The notes beneath the pieces are model-generated. The model was not told the origin of the DNA, made no database searches, and saw only the letters and a list, made by a program, of their open reading frames with translations. The translations under genes and the position numbers were made by a program. Below are positions 48,882 to 60,793 of a stretch of DNA of 64,000 nt, one piece after another; position 1 is the stretch's first letter; the number at the start of each line of letters is the position of its first letter. The DNA comes from Heteronotia binoei (lineage: Eukaryota): positions 20,894,001 to 20,958,000 of the forward strand of contig NC_083223.1 of NCBI RefSeq assembly GCF_032191835.1, read 5' to 3'.

Positions 48882-50444
48882 TCAGATTGTCAATTGGTCC
48901 CTTGGCTTTTGAGAAGACAGCACCTAACGCCTACTTTCCAAGAAGGCCCAGCGAAGACTGCCACATTAGGAACATAATTGTTTTCAGAAAACCCCTCTGA
49001 ACTGAATGGCCTACATTAAAAAAGTATGTAACAGAGGATACTGAAATAGCTAGCAACCAAATGCCTTCACTTTGAAGCCAACTGGACCTGCGGACAGCAT
49101 CCCAAAAGGCATTTTAATGGAATCTGCTGACAACAGAGCTGCAGCTAGGATTTTAAAAGGCGGAGGGCTTTTTTAAAAGTCAGGGGCACCCTTTCCCATC
49201 CCCTGTGGGGCTTGCCACTTCTCAGCTTTCTGGGGTAGGGGCAAAAGCTGGAGGCTCTTAAAATGGTCAGGTTGAGGCAGCCAACTCTAAAATTTGGAAT
49301 CAAGAAGGGTCTGCTTCATGCATGCAGGCAGGGGGGTTTCCTTCCACCTCCATATCCCCCACCCTGGCGCTTTGCATCTGGCCACTCCATCAGTTCCCCG
49401 CCCCTCCCTGGCCCATTCCACGAGGCTTCCTCTGCAACCCCTTCCTCCACCTCCCTCCTCTCCACCCACTGCTTTTGCTGCTGCAGTGCCCTGCTCAGCT
49501 CTCCTGGCTCTGGCTGCTGCTACTTTGCCGGCTTAGCCATGGTAAAAAGAAAAAAAAGCAGACTGCACCCTGGAAGTCAGGGGGTGGTGCCCTCACAGGC
49601 CCCCCTGTGGCTACAGACCTGTCTGACAACCAAGCCCCATCTACCTGCACAGCCTCATCCCATCACGCCTGTACAAGGAAGACCAGATCCAGAAGTTCTC
49701 TGCTATGTGTGTTGCTGGAAGGCAGAAGACAGAGCAGCCTAGCGAATGCTAAGCAGGGCTAGGTTTGGGCAGCATCGCCATGAGATTCAAGGCACAAAGA
49801 AAGCATAAACATAATAAAGAAATGAATGAAACAGTCTGGCAGGAGACAGAATGGGGAAGACCTTGTTAGGAAGCTAAAAGTGGCTAGATCTGGCTGAGTT
49901 TCTATTTCACGGCTCACAGCCTGGGCACCGTGCCGGAGGTACAAGCTGGAGGGCAAGTCAGGGGGTCTTGCCCTTCATAGCTCAGCCTTCAGTTTTGCAT
50001 TCAGAAGCCTTAACCCACCCTCCTGCTGCTTGTTTCACAAGGATAATTACACTTCCATGATACGCAATGCTACATATTAAAACTTGACACACCAAGAAGA
50101 AAGAGGATTAAGTCTCAATGCTTTTGACTGGTGCCCTCTGGACACACATACCAGAAGAACCCCACAACCTGTACAAAGAAGTACAGTAAATGTATCCACT
50201 ATTGCTCTTTATGAACATTCCTCGTCAGAGGTGTTCTTGAAACAGGAAGGACTCCGATTTGTTCCTCAGAGGTGTAGCTATCAAGCTTGCAGTGCCATTC
50301 ATCCAACTTGCTATCTACTCTTTGACTGCTCCAATTTTATTATAAAAGATCTGCAACAGTGAAAGTTTTCCCAAATAATAGCCGCTGGGGGCCTGTTCCT
50401 TTTGAAAACATCTTGTTATGTAGCATTAGGCTTTGTTTTAGGAC

Positions 50445-50702
50445 AGGGGTGGCCAAACTTCCTCAACGTAAGAGCCATGCAGAATAAACATCAGATGTTT
50501 GAGAGCTGCAAGATGAGGAAGGGTGGAAATATTTAGGGGGAGAAGTGTTAAGAAAGCAACTTTAACTTTGAATGCATTCTCCAAGCCACCAGCTGGCTTG
50601 GAGAAGTGATTTAAAGAGAGAAATGGCTTATCCAAGCCAGCTGATGGGGCAGTGGGAGCTTCAAGAGCCACATAATATGTGTGAAAGAGCCACATGTGGC
50701 CA
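50445..50702. mobile_element. hAT element fragment followed by a Squam3-like SINE (about 50718-50995, -)
   Basis: Left TIR caggggtggccaaac; the adjacent SINE is homologous to 797-1076. Confidence 0.75.
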
Positions 50703-51127
50703 CTCGTGTGTTAGAAGATGAAGAAGACTGCAGATTTATACCCCACCTTTCTCTCTGAACCAGAGACTCAGAGTGGCTTACAATCTCCTATATCTTCTCG
50801 CCACACAACAGACACCTTGTAAGGTGGGTGGGGCTGAGAGGGCTCTCACAGCAGCTGTCCCTTCAAGGACAATTCCTGAGAGAGCTATGGCTGACCCAAG
50901 GCCATTCCAGCAGCTGCATGTGGAGGAGTGGGGAATCAAACCTGGTTCTCCCAGATAAGAGGCCACACACTTAACCACTATACCAAACTGGCTCCAGTCA
51001 GCCGTGTCATTAGAAAAACACAACCAAGCAATCAAGGGCTACGCCATGTCCAGCTTTCCGAGGCAGTTTACACACCCATAAACTTTAATAATACCAGCAG
51101 GTCTTTTGAGCAGCAAGCATCTTTTCA

Positions 51128-51349
<222 letters not shown>

Positions 51350-51797
51350 TTATGTAACCGAAGACACAGATTCCCAGTTCCAAACAAAAACAAAACCAGG
51401 CAAAAAAGCAGATAAGGACATTTCAAAGCATTAAAGAAGAAACATCCAAATGGATCATTTTTATCCTTTGCCATTATTCTGCTTAACCAACGCCAGATGT
51501 CAAATTCTAATCAGGAGGACAAGAATACCACAGGCCAGACCACCTGAAGGAACAGGTCTGTATTGACGGGAAGACACTGCAGCTACTCCATGACCATAAC
51601 AATCTTTCCTTCCTTCAAGCTGAAGAGAATTGCCAAACTTAGCATCCTCACTCTGCACCCCACGCTTAGGACAGCTAGTTAAGGCAGACTAGTTTCTAAA
51701 GCCATTTCCATACCCCAGCAGAAAACAAGCTGGTTAAAATGTGGTTTATTTTCATGCTTGACACAGAAGCCAGCTTTCCCTGTCACAGAACAAGAAC

Positions 51798-51980
51798 CAG
51801 GACTTTTTTTGTAGCACAAACTCCTTTGCATATTAGACCATGCCCCACTGATGTAGCCAATCCTCCTGGAGCTTACAGTAGGCCCTGTACTAAGAGCCCT
51901 GTAAACTCTTGCAGGATTGGCTACATCAAGGGTGTGTGACCTAATATGCAAAGCAGTTCCTGCTACAAAAAGAAACCCTG
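51798..51980. mobile_element. Palindromic hAT MITE
   Basis: Perfect 8-bp TSD ACAAGAAC. Confidence 0.9.
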
Positions 51981-52592
51981 ACAAGAACTAATTACATATA
52001 CTTTCACTACAGCATTAAGTATTCCAAGAATGGTTTCAGTCATTGTTGGACAAGAAGGAGACAGCATCTGCTCTTGGATATAAAGCTCCACTTGATGGGG
52101 GCAGGACAGGAAAGTGGGTGAGTTCATACAACACCTCCCCCACCTAGGCTCTGAGGAAAGATCTTAGAGCAGTGGTCCCTAACATGGTGCCCATGGTGTC
52201 AGTCAACACCTTTCCTGGCACCCATGAAGCGTCTTAGTAAGTGGACAGGGCCAGGTGGGGCTTTCCCCAGCAAGGCTTCTGATTGGCCTTTGGAGATCTC
52301 ATTGGCTGCAAAGACTTTTAAAAACACTGTTCTGGTAGTGGCTGCTGCCACAGCACAAGGAAGGTGAACTGTGGCAGCCATTTTGTATCTGGCTCCAGCT
52401 TTTACAGCAGCCATTTTCTAGCAGCCATTTTGTGTCAGAAGTACCCACAGGCTCCAAAAAGGCTGGGCACATCTAGCCATTCATATACTAAGCATAAATT
52501 TGGATCAGGAACCCTGAAACTGGTTGATATAAAAATAATGTTACTAAGCATTATTTTTTTACCATAATTTCTGCCAAGGAGAATCATTCTCA

Positions 52593-52802
<210 letters not shown>

Positions 52803-53858
52803 CTAGGAAAAAGACCAAGCTCACATTTTAATACATGCACCTGACAGGCTTCATGACTGAAAGGGTTTGTTTTTAAAACTCAATTCACTTTACTTTTACA
52901 TTTCAGTTATATTGTTTCAGTGTGAACTGGGTCTCATTTGTACTTCCAAGTTTTTAATGGTGAATCCAGATGACTCACTGGCTTGTCTTTTAAACCTACA
53001 GACTTTGAAAATACCAGGAGATTTTGAGGGTGGAGTTGGGGAAGGAAGGTACTGGTAAAGAGAGGGACTTCTGTAAGGTATAACTGACATAAAGACCACT
53101 CTCTAATGCAGCCATTTATGACAGATAAACAAATCTCCACTATTTGGAGGTCAGCTGTAATTCCGGGAGACCTCCAGGCCCCACATGGAGGTTGGCAACC
53201 CTAACTGTTCCTGAGAATCTGATGACCACCCCCAGGAATAATATTCTGGGCTGTTCATGGGTTGCTGCAGCAGAAAGGGGGGGGGGGGGAAATGGCAGAA
53301 ATCTCTGCCCCCTCATAAAACAAGGAGGTACTTTATATTCTCTGCTGTTAGATACAAGCTCCTGTGGGTAAACACAGTGGGAGGGGAGTAGATGATTTAA
53401 GAAACTCATGCCTTAAAAACAAAACAAAACAATAACCATACATTTCTCCTCAGCCCCACCTACCTCACAGGGTGTTTGTTGCGAAGGAGGAAGATAAAGG
53501 AGATTGTAAGCCACTCTGAGATTGATTTAGAGAGAAAGGAGGGGTTATAAATCTATGGTCTTTTTTTTTTAAAGGTTACATTAAGTGCGACGTCTGAACT
53601 TAATACTATTATAGACCCTTAAAACTGAATTTAATTACTTTTGTTTTAGAGAGGCCATGTTTTGTTTTAGAAAAACAACAACAGAACAACAATGGAGTTA
53701 GATTCAGATCCCACGGTCTAATTCAGAATAAAGGAAGCAGGCAACTATGAAGATTCTCACTACATCATCTCAATTTGGACATACACAGATGTTTTCTGTA
53801 ATCATCACATCTGCCACACATGAGACCACCTTTTCATGGCGAATGCAACATTATACTG

Positions 53859-53995
53859 CAGGGGTGGCCAACGGTAGCTCTCCAGATGTTTTTTGCCTAC
53901 AAATCCCATGAGCCCCAGCCAGCATAGCCAATGGCTGGGGCTGATGGGAGTTGTAGGCAAAAAAAAATCTGGAGAGCTACCGTTGGCCACCCCTG
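53859..53995. mobile_element. Palindromic hAT MITE (second family)
   Basis: Hairpin; perfect 8-bp TSD TTATACTG. Confidence 0.9.
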
Positions 53996-54217
53996 TTATA
54001 CTGCATACTCCATCAGCTTGACAGCGACAAAGGAAGCTGTAGTCCAAAATATTTTTAAGACATGAATAAGCCAATAAGTTCATGTCAGGCTGCCTACGTA
54101 TCCAATTTTAAAGAATTTGTTTGATGCCACTCATAACCAATTAAACCATTCTTCCTTTTGGTCCATCTGAACACATGCAATTCAACTGGATTTCTGTGCT
54201 CAGTGCACTGGATAATC

Positions 54218-54703
54218 CAGGGGTGTCAAACATAAAGCTCAGGGGCTGAATCAGGCCCCCGGAGGGCTATCAGGCCCCGAGCAACTGGCTGTCATCTGCT
54301 TCCTTCTCCATCTCAACTTGCTTTGTAAGGCTTGCTCAATTGCACAGGAGCTACAGAGTGAAACCTCGATTTTCTCCATTGGTTGAGGCTCCTCCCACTC
54401 CTCATCCCCTGGGGAGGGAGGGGAAGAGCCAGAGCTTCCTTTGCCCAGTTCCCTGGATCCCATGGGAGAGATACAAAGAAAGCACCTTTAAGACCAACAA
54501 CTGCTTGTGTTTTAAGCATGTTTTATTTTAAGGGTTTTTAAAAAAAACTTTAATCGTGTTTGTCTGTGTTCTTTAAAAAGTTTATATCTCTGCTACCTAA
54601 TTTTAAATAGGTACACGCATGTCCCAGCCCAACATGGCCTGGCCTGACAAAGTCTGATTTAGGTCAGATCTGGCCCTCCTAACAAATGCGTTTGACACCC
54701 CTA
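54218..54703. mobile_element. Non-autonomous hAT element (family of 45575-46109)
   Basis: TIRs caggggtgtcaaac / gtttgacaccccta; TSD ggataatc / ggataaac. Confidence 0.85.
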
Positions 54704-54721
54704 GGATAAACAAACAAAAAC

Positions 54722-55030
54722 GTTCCGCAGGGCCTGTAAGACCGAATTGTTTCGACAGGCCTTCGATATCTAACTGAGAGAGAGCTGCCACTGGACATCA
54801 TACAGAGCACCAAGTAGAGTACTGGTGGTCACCACCGAATTTTCAGAACCGCCTATATTGTACTGTATTAACACAGCACCATGAAATGGTTTTAAATAAT
54901 TTAAATATGTAATTATGTTTTATATGTTTTATTGGTTTTAATGGTAGTAATGTAATGTTGTGAGCCGCCCTGAGTCCGGAGAGGAGAGGGCGGGATATAA
55001 GCTTAATGTAATAAATAATAAATAAATAAA
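54722..55030 (+). mobile_element. L2 LINE 3' fragment
   Basis: Reads FRRACKTELFRQAF, then a 3'UTR and (AATA)n tail. Confidence 0.8.
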
Positions 55031-55248
55031 ATATTAAGTAATTTCAAGTACAATGATTTGCAATTCACTATGTGGCAGAGTGACTTAATTATCAGCAGTT
55101 TGGTTCTGAACACAAAGTAGAAAAGTTAATGGAATTTCTCATTCATTCTGTGGGCTCTCTCAAACTGGGTTATTGCCTGTCTACTCCTGACAGTGAAAAA
55201 CTATGCAAACCAGGATTTTGGCACAACCATATCTTTATTAAAATCCAC

Positions 55249-55791
<543 letters not shown>

Positions 55792-55831
55792 TCATCTATG
55801 AGGTCACCTGGAAAAAAGGAGGGCATGTTTA

Positions 55832-56200
55832 GATCACAGAATCATAGAGTTGGAACTCCAAGGTCATCTAGTCCAACCCCCAGCACAATGCAGGAAACTC
55901 ACAAACACCTCACCCCCACACACACACAGTGACTCCATGTCCAGAAGATGGCAAAAACACACACACACGCCAAGATCCCTGGCAAAACTGGCCAGGAGAA
56001 AAACTGCTGCCTGACCCCCAAGTGGCAAACAGCATTTCCCTGGGCATGTAAGAAAGGACCATAAGAACTAAGCACCGATGCAACCCTTCCTGCCCTCCTG
56101 ATCATGATCTGCCTAAGTTCACAGAATCAGCATTGCTGTCAGATGGCCATCTAGCCTCTGTTTAAAAGCCTTCAGGGAAGGAGAGCCCACCACCTCCTGA
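55832..56200 (-). mobile_element. CR1 3' fragment (family of 8608-9206)
   Basis: Reverse complement of the CR1 3'UTR and (ATTCTRTG)n-type tail. Confidence 0.75.
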
Positions 56201-56699
56201 AGAGGCCTCAGGAAATAGATAAATCACATTTTGCATTTAGGGAGCAATAACAGATTCCTATATTATCACATTCATGCACTGCTACGCTAAACAAACAGTG
56301 AAAAACATGTCTGACATCCAGGTGTTAAACTCAGGACATCACGGATCTGGATTCTTATGGTGCTGCGCATTATCTGGAACTAATTCCTGCACAGCCATGA
56401 AGACAAGGGAGCCAGTGTGGTTTAGTGGACAGAGTGGTGGACTAGGACTTTAGGCAATCTGGGTTTGAATCCCCACTTCTACCATGGTCACAAATTCTCA
56501 GCCTGGTCAACCTCACAGGGTTGTTGTGGGGAAAATGGAGGAGGAAAAGAACAATGTTCTAGGCTGCTTTGAGTCCCAGCTAGAGAAAAAAGCTGGATAT
56601 AAATAAAGGCCATAAATAAAATCGAGGGCAGATGACCTCCCAGCTCCCTCCCCTGTGCTATTCTCACTCCTAGGACACTGAAAGGCAGCAGTCAGAAGA

Positions 56700-57345
56700 A
56701 GAAGAAGAAAGCGGGGGGGAGGAGATTGGATTTATACCCCTCCCTTCACTTGGAGTCTCAGAGCAATTTACAATCTCCTTCCCTTCCCCTCCCCACAACA
56801 GACACCCTGTGAGGTAGGTGGGGCTGAGAGAGCTCTGACAGAAACTGCTCTTGAGCAGAACAATTCTGGGAGAGTTATGACTGACCCAATGTCACTCCAG
56901 CAGATGCATGTGGAGGACTGGGAAATCAAACCCTGTTCTCCCAGATTAGAGTATATGCACTTAACCACTACATCAAAAGCACAACCCAAGTGCATTCTGC
57001 AAGGAGCAGACGAGAGCCACAGTAACCTCTGAATTCAGAAAGACCAAAGAAGAGAAGAAGAAGAAGAAGAAGATGAAGAAGAAGATATTGGATTTATATC
57101 CCGCCCTCCACTCCGAAGAGTCTCAGAGCGGCTCACAATCTCCTTTACCTTCCTCCCCCACAACAGACACCCTGTGAGGTGGGTGAAGCTGGAGAGGGCT
57201 CTCACAGCAGCTCCCCTTTCAAGGACAACCTCTGTGATAACTATGGCTGACCCAAGGCCATTCCAGCAGGTGCAAGTGGAGGAGTGGGGAATCAAACCCG
57301 GTTCTCCCAGATTAGAGTCCGCACACTTAACCACTACACCAAACT
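56700..57345 (-). mobile_element. Two Squam3-like SINEs (about 56700-56975 and 57050-57345)
   Basis: Both homologous to 797-1076, with (TCT)n tails. Confidence 0.85.
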
Positions 57346-58988
57346 GAGTGGATTCCATAGCATTCCTATGAAGACTGAACACTGTGTGCGTTTTCTCTTT
57401 CCCTGGCAGAGACAGGCAGCCAGCAGTACACTATGCTCCATTTCCCAGGACTGACTTTCTGATCTGAACCAGCCCTTGATTTCCTTTCTGTCCCATCCCT
57501 CCGCTAGGAGAAAGACTCACAAACACAACTGCCCAAGTGGTGCCTTCTACTGCAGAGCTCCTTTGTGAAGACAGCACATGAGTCTATTCTGCCTTCCTCC
57601 TCCACCCCACACCCAAGAAAGGGAGACAGCAGCGGAGGATTTGTGCTCTGAAGGCAACCTGTGCGGCCAGATCTCTTGTCCAGGAGGGGACCAGGTGAGA
57701 AGCAACTGCAGGTTCCACTTCCTGCTCTACAGGGCGACGGAACAGACAGTTTCAGCCAGAGGCAAGCCTTACTCGCCCCAGCAATGGACTGGAAGCAAGT
57801 CCCATAAAGAAGAATGACTATTCATCATCACTGTACAGGAAAGACAGCTAATGCTCCGAACACGTAGCACGGCTCTCCTGCATCCTTGGGATGCTTAGTA
57901 TCATGTATGCCCCATGCATTATTTGACAACACACAGAGCTGCATTCTACATGCAAGCATAATGAGAACTGCTAATCTTATCAGACTGACATTTGTCATTC
58001 TTTCAGTAGCCACTATTGAAATGTGTGCTATCGCAGCAACATTGCACCGAGGGGACAACAGTCTTGACTATTAGGACAAAACACCCAAGGTAAAGCTATT
58101 TATAGTAACCGATGTCCCCTAAACATCCTTAAAATGGCTCAAAGCTCTAGCACATGTCTCCTGAGTGCAAGTTTTGGTGTTCTTAGCAAGATTCGTTTAT
58201 ATTAAACATCATGTAGATGTGAGAATACAGGTGAGCCCTGAAGTATACGCAGGATCGAAGGGGAGACCTCTCTCTTGCTGACATTTTTAATAGTGTAGTG
58301 TACAGTTAAAGCAAATCCAGCACTCATCCAAATAAACTGGATTTCTGTTCCAACCAATGTTTATTGGAAATCCTGGAATTTAGTTTGCATTATATTGGAA
58401 CAATAACTGCTATGAACAGAGACATTTCCTTTGCTGATGGAGCTACCAGTTACAGGGAACAAATCGTGATACTCAGTGGTTATATAATTATCTACAGCTT
58501 TTGGAGGATTCAGATCTATAAAGAGATCAGTAGGATTAGACAGAAAGCCAGATAATTACTATTATTATGTGAACTCCATCCCTCCCCAGGACAGTTAAAA
58601 ACTACTGAATAAAAATTTTATTCTCCCTTATCTCTGGTACAAGACACTGTGGGATGAATTACTGACGGAGGTATTTTAGTTAAGGTATATAAAAGGTTAA
58701 TCCCCCCCCTTAGAAATGTTTAACAAAATTACTTAGAAAAAATATTAGGCACTGTGGTCTATACTGCTGCGTATAGCTTGTGGAAACTAGGAACCCACTA
58801 TGGAATTCTGCATCATTTTAGTTCTGCTTTGAGACTTCTGATTGGTTTTACAACCTTAATTCTATTGCATTGTCTACTGAATGTCCCATCGTGTAAGCTG
58901 CCTGGAGTCCATGTGAGAAAGGCGGACTATAAACAACCTAAGCAGAATAAATAGATTTTGTATACTTCTTCAAAATATTGATGCTTAC

Positions 58989-59179
58989 GCACTGACTTGG
59001 ATAGCCCAGGCAAGCCCAATCTCGTCAAATCTTGGAAGCTAAGCAGGATCAACTCTGGCAAGTACTTCTGCGGGAAACCTCCTTGGAATACAAGGAATTG
59101 GGGACAGGCTTTATTCAGCCACCTCCCTGAATATCCCCCAGTAGGGGTCAGTCACCAGAGGTCGCCATGACTTCCAGAT
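58989..59179 (+). mobile_element. 5S rRNA-derived SINE whose tail is replaced by the DIRS end
   Basis: 5S head tctcgtcaaatcttggaagctaagcagg; body as in 11867-12085; ends ccatgacttccagat. Confidence 0.8.
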
Positions 59180-59667
59180 CGACCCTTGGCACTTACCGTG
59201 AGGGGTCCTTCTCCTAAGAGGACAGGAGGACATCTTGGGTGTTTTCCCACCGTCCAATCAGGGAGGCAGGAATCTAAAAGATCTTCCCCTTCCTGTGGCT
59301 GTGGGAACCACCCTTCAGTTCGGGTGACTCCGAGAAGCAGTACAAAAAACCTATATCTAGTAAAAAAAAGGAACTTCTCATGCAAACAGATAACGGTACG
59401 TCAGGTACAACTGCCTAAACGCGGCAGATTGAAATTCAAGGTAAACCCTAAAAAAGGAACGTAAGAGAGAAAAAACAGGCCCATGACAATGGACATAATT
59501 AGTAGAAAGTACCAGCAACAGGTGTAGAATAAAGGAGTAGGAACAGGCTGCCCAAGGTAGGGCGATAGATGGGAGGGCAAGATGTCCTCCTGTCCTCTTA
59601 GGAGAAGGACCCCTCACGGTAAGTGCCAAGGGTCGTTCTCCCTAAGAGGCGGAGGACATCTTGGGTG
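59180..59667 (-). repeat. DIRS right terminus: rE 59180-59208, right ITR from 59209, ICR about 59607-59667
   Basis: 59180-59237 is the exact reverse complement of 59578-59635 (58 bp); 59636-59667 repeats 59209-59241 imperfectly. Confidence 0.85.
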
Positions 59668-59704
59668 CTCCCAGAGCAGTATTGTTAAGCAGGGTGGGGT
59701 CGCC

Positions 59705-60793
59705 CTACTCGGGCAGGACGTGTTGAAGGATTCGCCTGCCGAAGGCGGCGTCTGCTGATGCGTAGCCATTCAGTTTATAGTGCCGGATAAAGGTGGATAT
59801 TGAAGACCACGTAGCTGCCTTGCACACCTCCTCGACAGAGGCGTTCTTATTGAAGGCCGCGTTGGCCGCTGAACTCCTGGTCGAATGTGCCGTGATTCCT
59901 TGTGGAACTTTGAGGTGCAACGCCTTGTATGCCTCCGTTATGCACTGCTTGATTGCATAACTGATGGCAGACTTGGACATCTTCTGTCCCATTCTGGGTT
60001 CTGCCACATTGACAAACATGGCGTCAGATTTACGAAATGTCTCAGTCCTAATCAAGTAGATCTTGAGTGCCCTGCGCACGTCCAAGGTATGCCACGTGCG
60101 CTCCTTCGGGTGCTTGGGATCTGGACAAAACGATGGTAGGTTGATCTCCTGGCTCTGGTGGAATCTAGAGGAAATCTTCGGGCGGAAAGTGGGATCCGGG
60201 TACAGAACGACCTTGTCCTTATGAAATACGCAAAGCTCCTTCCTGACCGACAGCGCACCGATTTCCGAGATCCTCCTGGCCGAGGTTATTGCCACCAGGA
60301 AAATCGTCTTCATGCGCATTATCCTTAATGGTACGGACATTAATGGTTCGAAGGGTGGATTGGTTAGAGCCGAGAGCACCGTGTTCAGTCGCCAAGTTGG
60401 AAAGCGATGCGTTTGTGGTGGAGAGCTCAAGGAAGCCCCTCTAAGGAACCGCCGAAGGTGTGGATGGGATGACAGATGTACGCCGTCTACCTGCTGGAGA
60501 ACTGATGCCAGGGCCGCGACCTGTCGTCTGAGAGTAGCAGGTTTCAGTCCGGATCGGAGGCCGTCTTGAAGAAATTGTAGGATCCTAGGGATCGTAGGCT
60601 GTAGCGGGTCCACCTGTTTTCTCCTACACCACCTGTGGAAGGCCTTCCAAGACGCGTTATAGATCCGTGTAGTGGATTCTCTTCTGGAAGCTAGAATTGT
60701 ATTGGTCACATCACTAGAATAGCCTAGGTCTAGTAGTGATCTCCTCTCAACCTCCACGCGGTCAGACTCAGCCATTCGGGATGGGGGTGCCAT
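59705..60793 (-). CDS. DIRS tyrosine recombinase domain, intact
   Basis: Catalytic set TSARRISEI (R), AHSTRS (HxxR), ATWSS (W) and FIRHY (Y); preceded by a core-binding domain TTRIYNASWKAFHRWC. Confidence 0.95.
   Translation of the reverse strand: MAPPSRMAESDRVEVERRSLLDLGYSSDVTNTILASRRESTTRIYNASWKAFHRWCRRKQVDPLQPTIPRILQFLQDGLRSGLKPATLRRQVAALASVLQQVDGVHLSSHPHLRRFLRGASLSSPPQTHRFPTWRLNTVLSALTNPPFEPLMSVPLRIMRMKTIFLVAITSARRISEIGALSVRKELCVFHKDKVVLYPDPTFRPKISSRFHQSQEINLPSFCPDPKHPKERTWHTLDVRRALKIYLIRTETFRKSDAMFVNVAEPRMGQKMSKSAISYAIKQCITEAYKALHLKVPQGITAHSTRSSAANAAFNKNASVEEVCKAATWSSISTFIRHYKLNGYASADAAFGRRILQHVLPE

Noticed and set aside
57773-57830. Candidate RCBTB1 5'UTR exon (-)
   Set aside because: Plausible AG and GTAAGG sites only; non-coding and unverifiable without transcripts.
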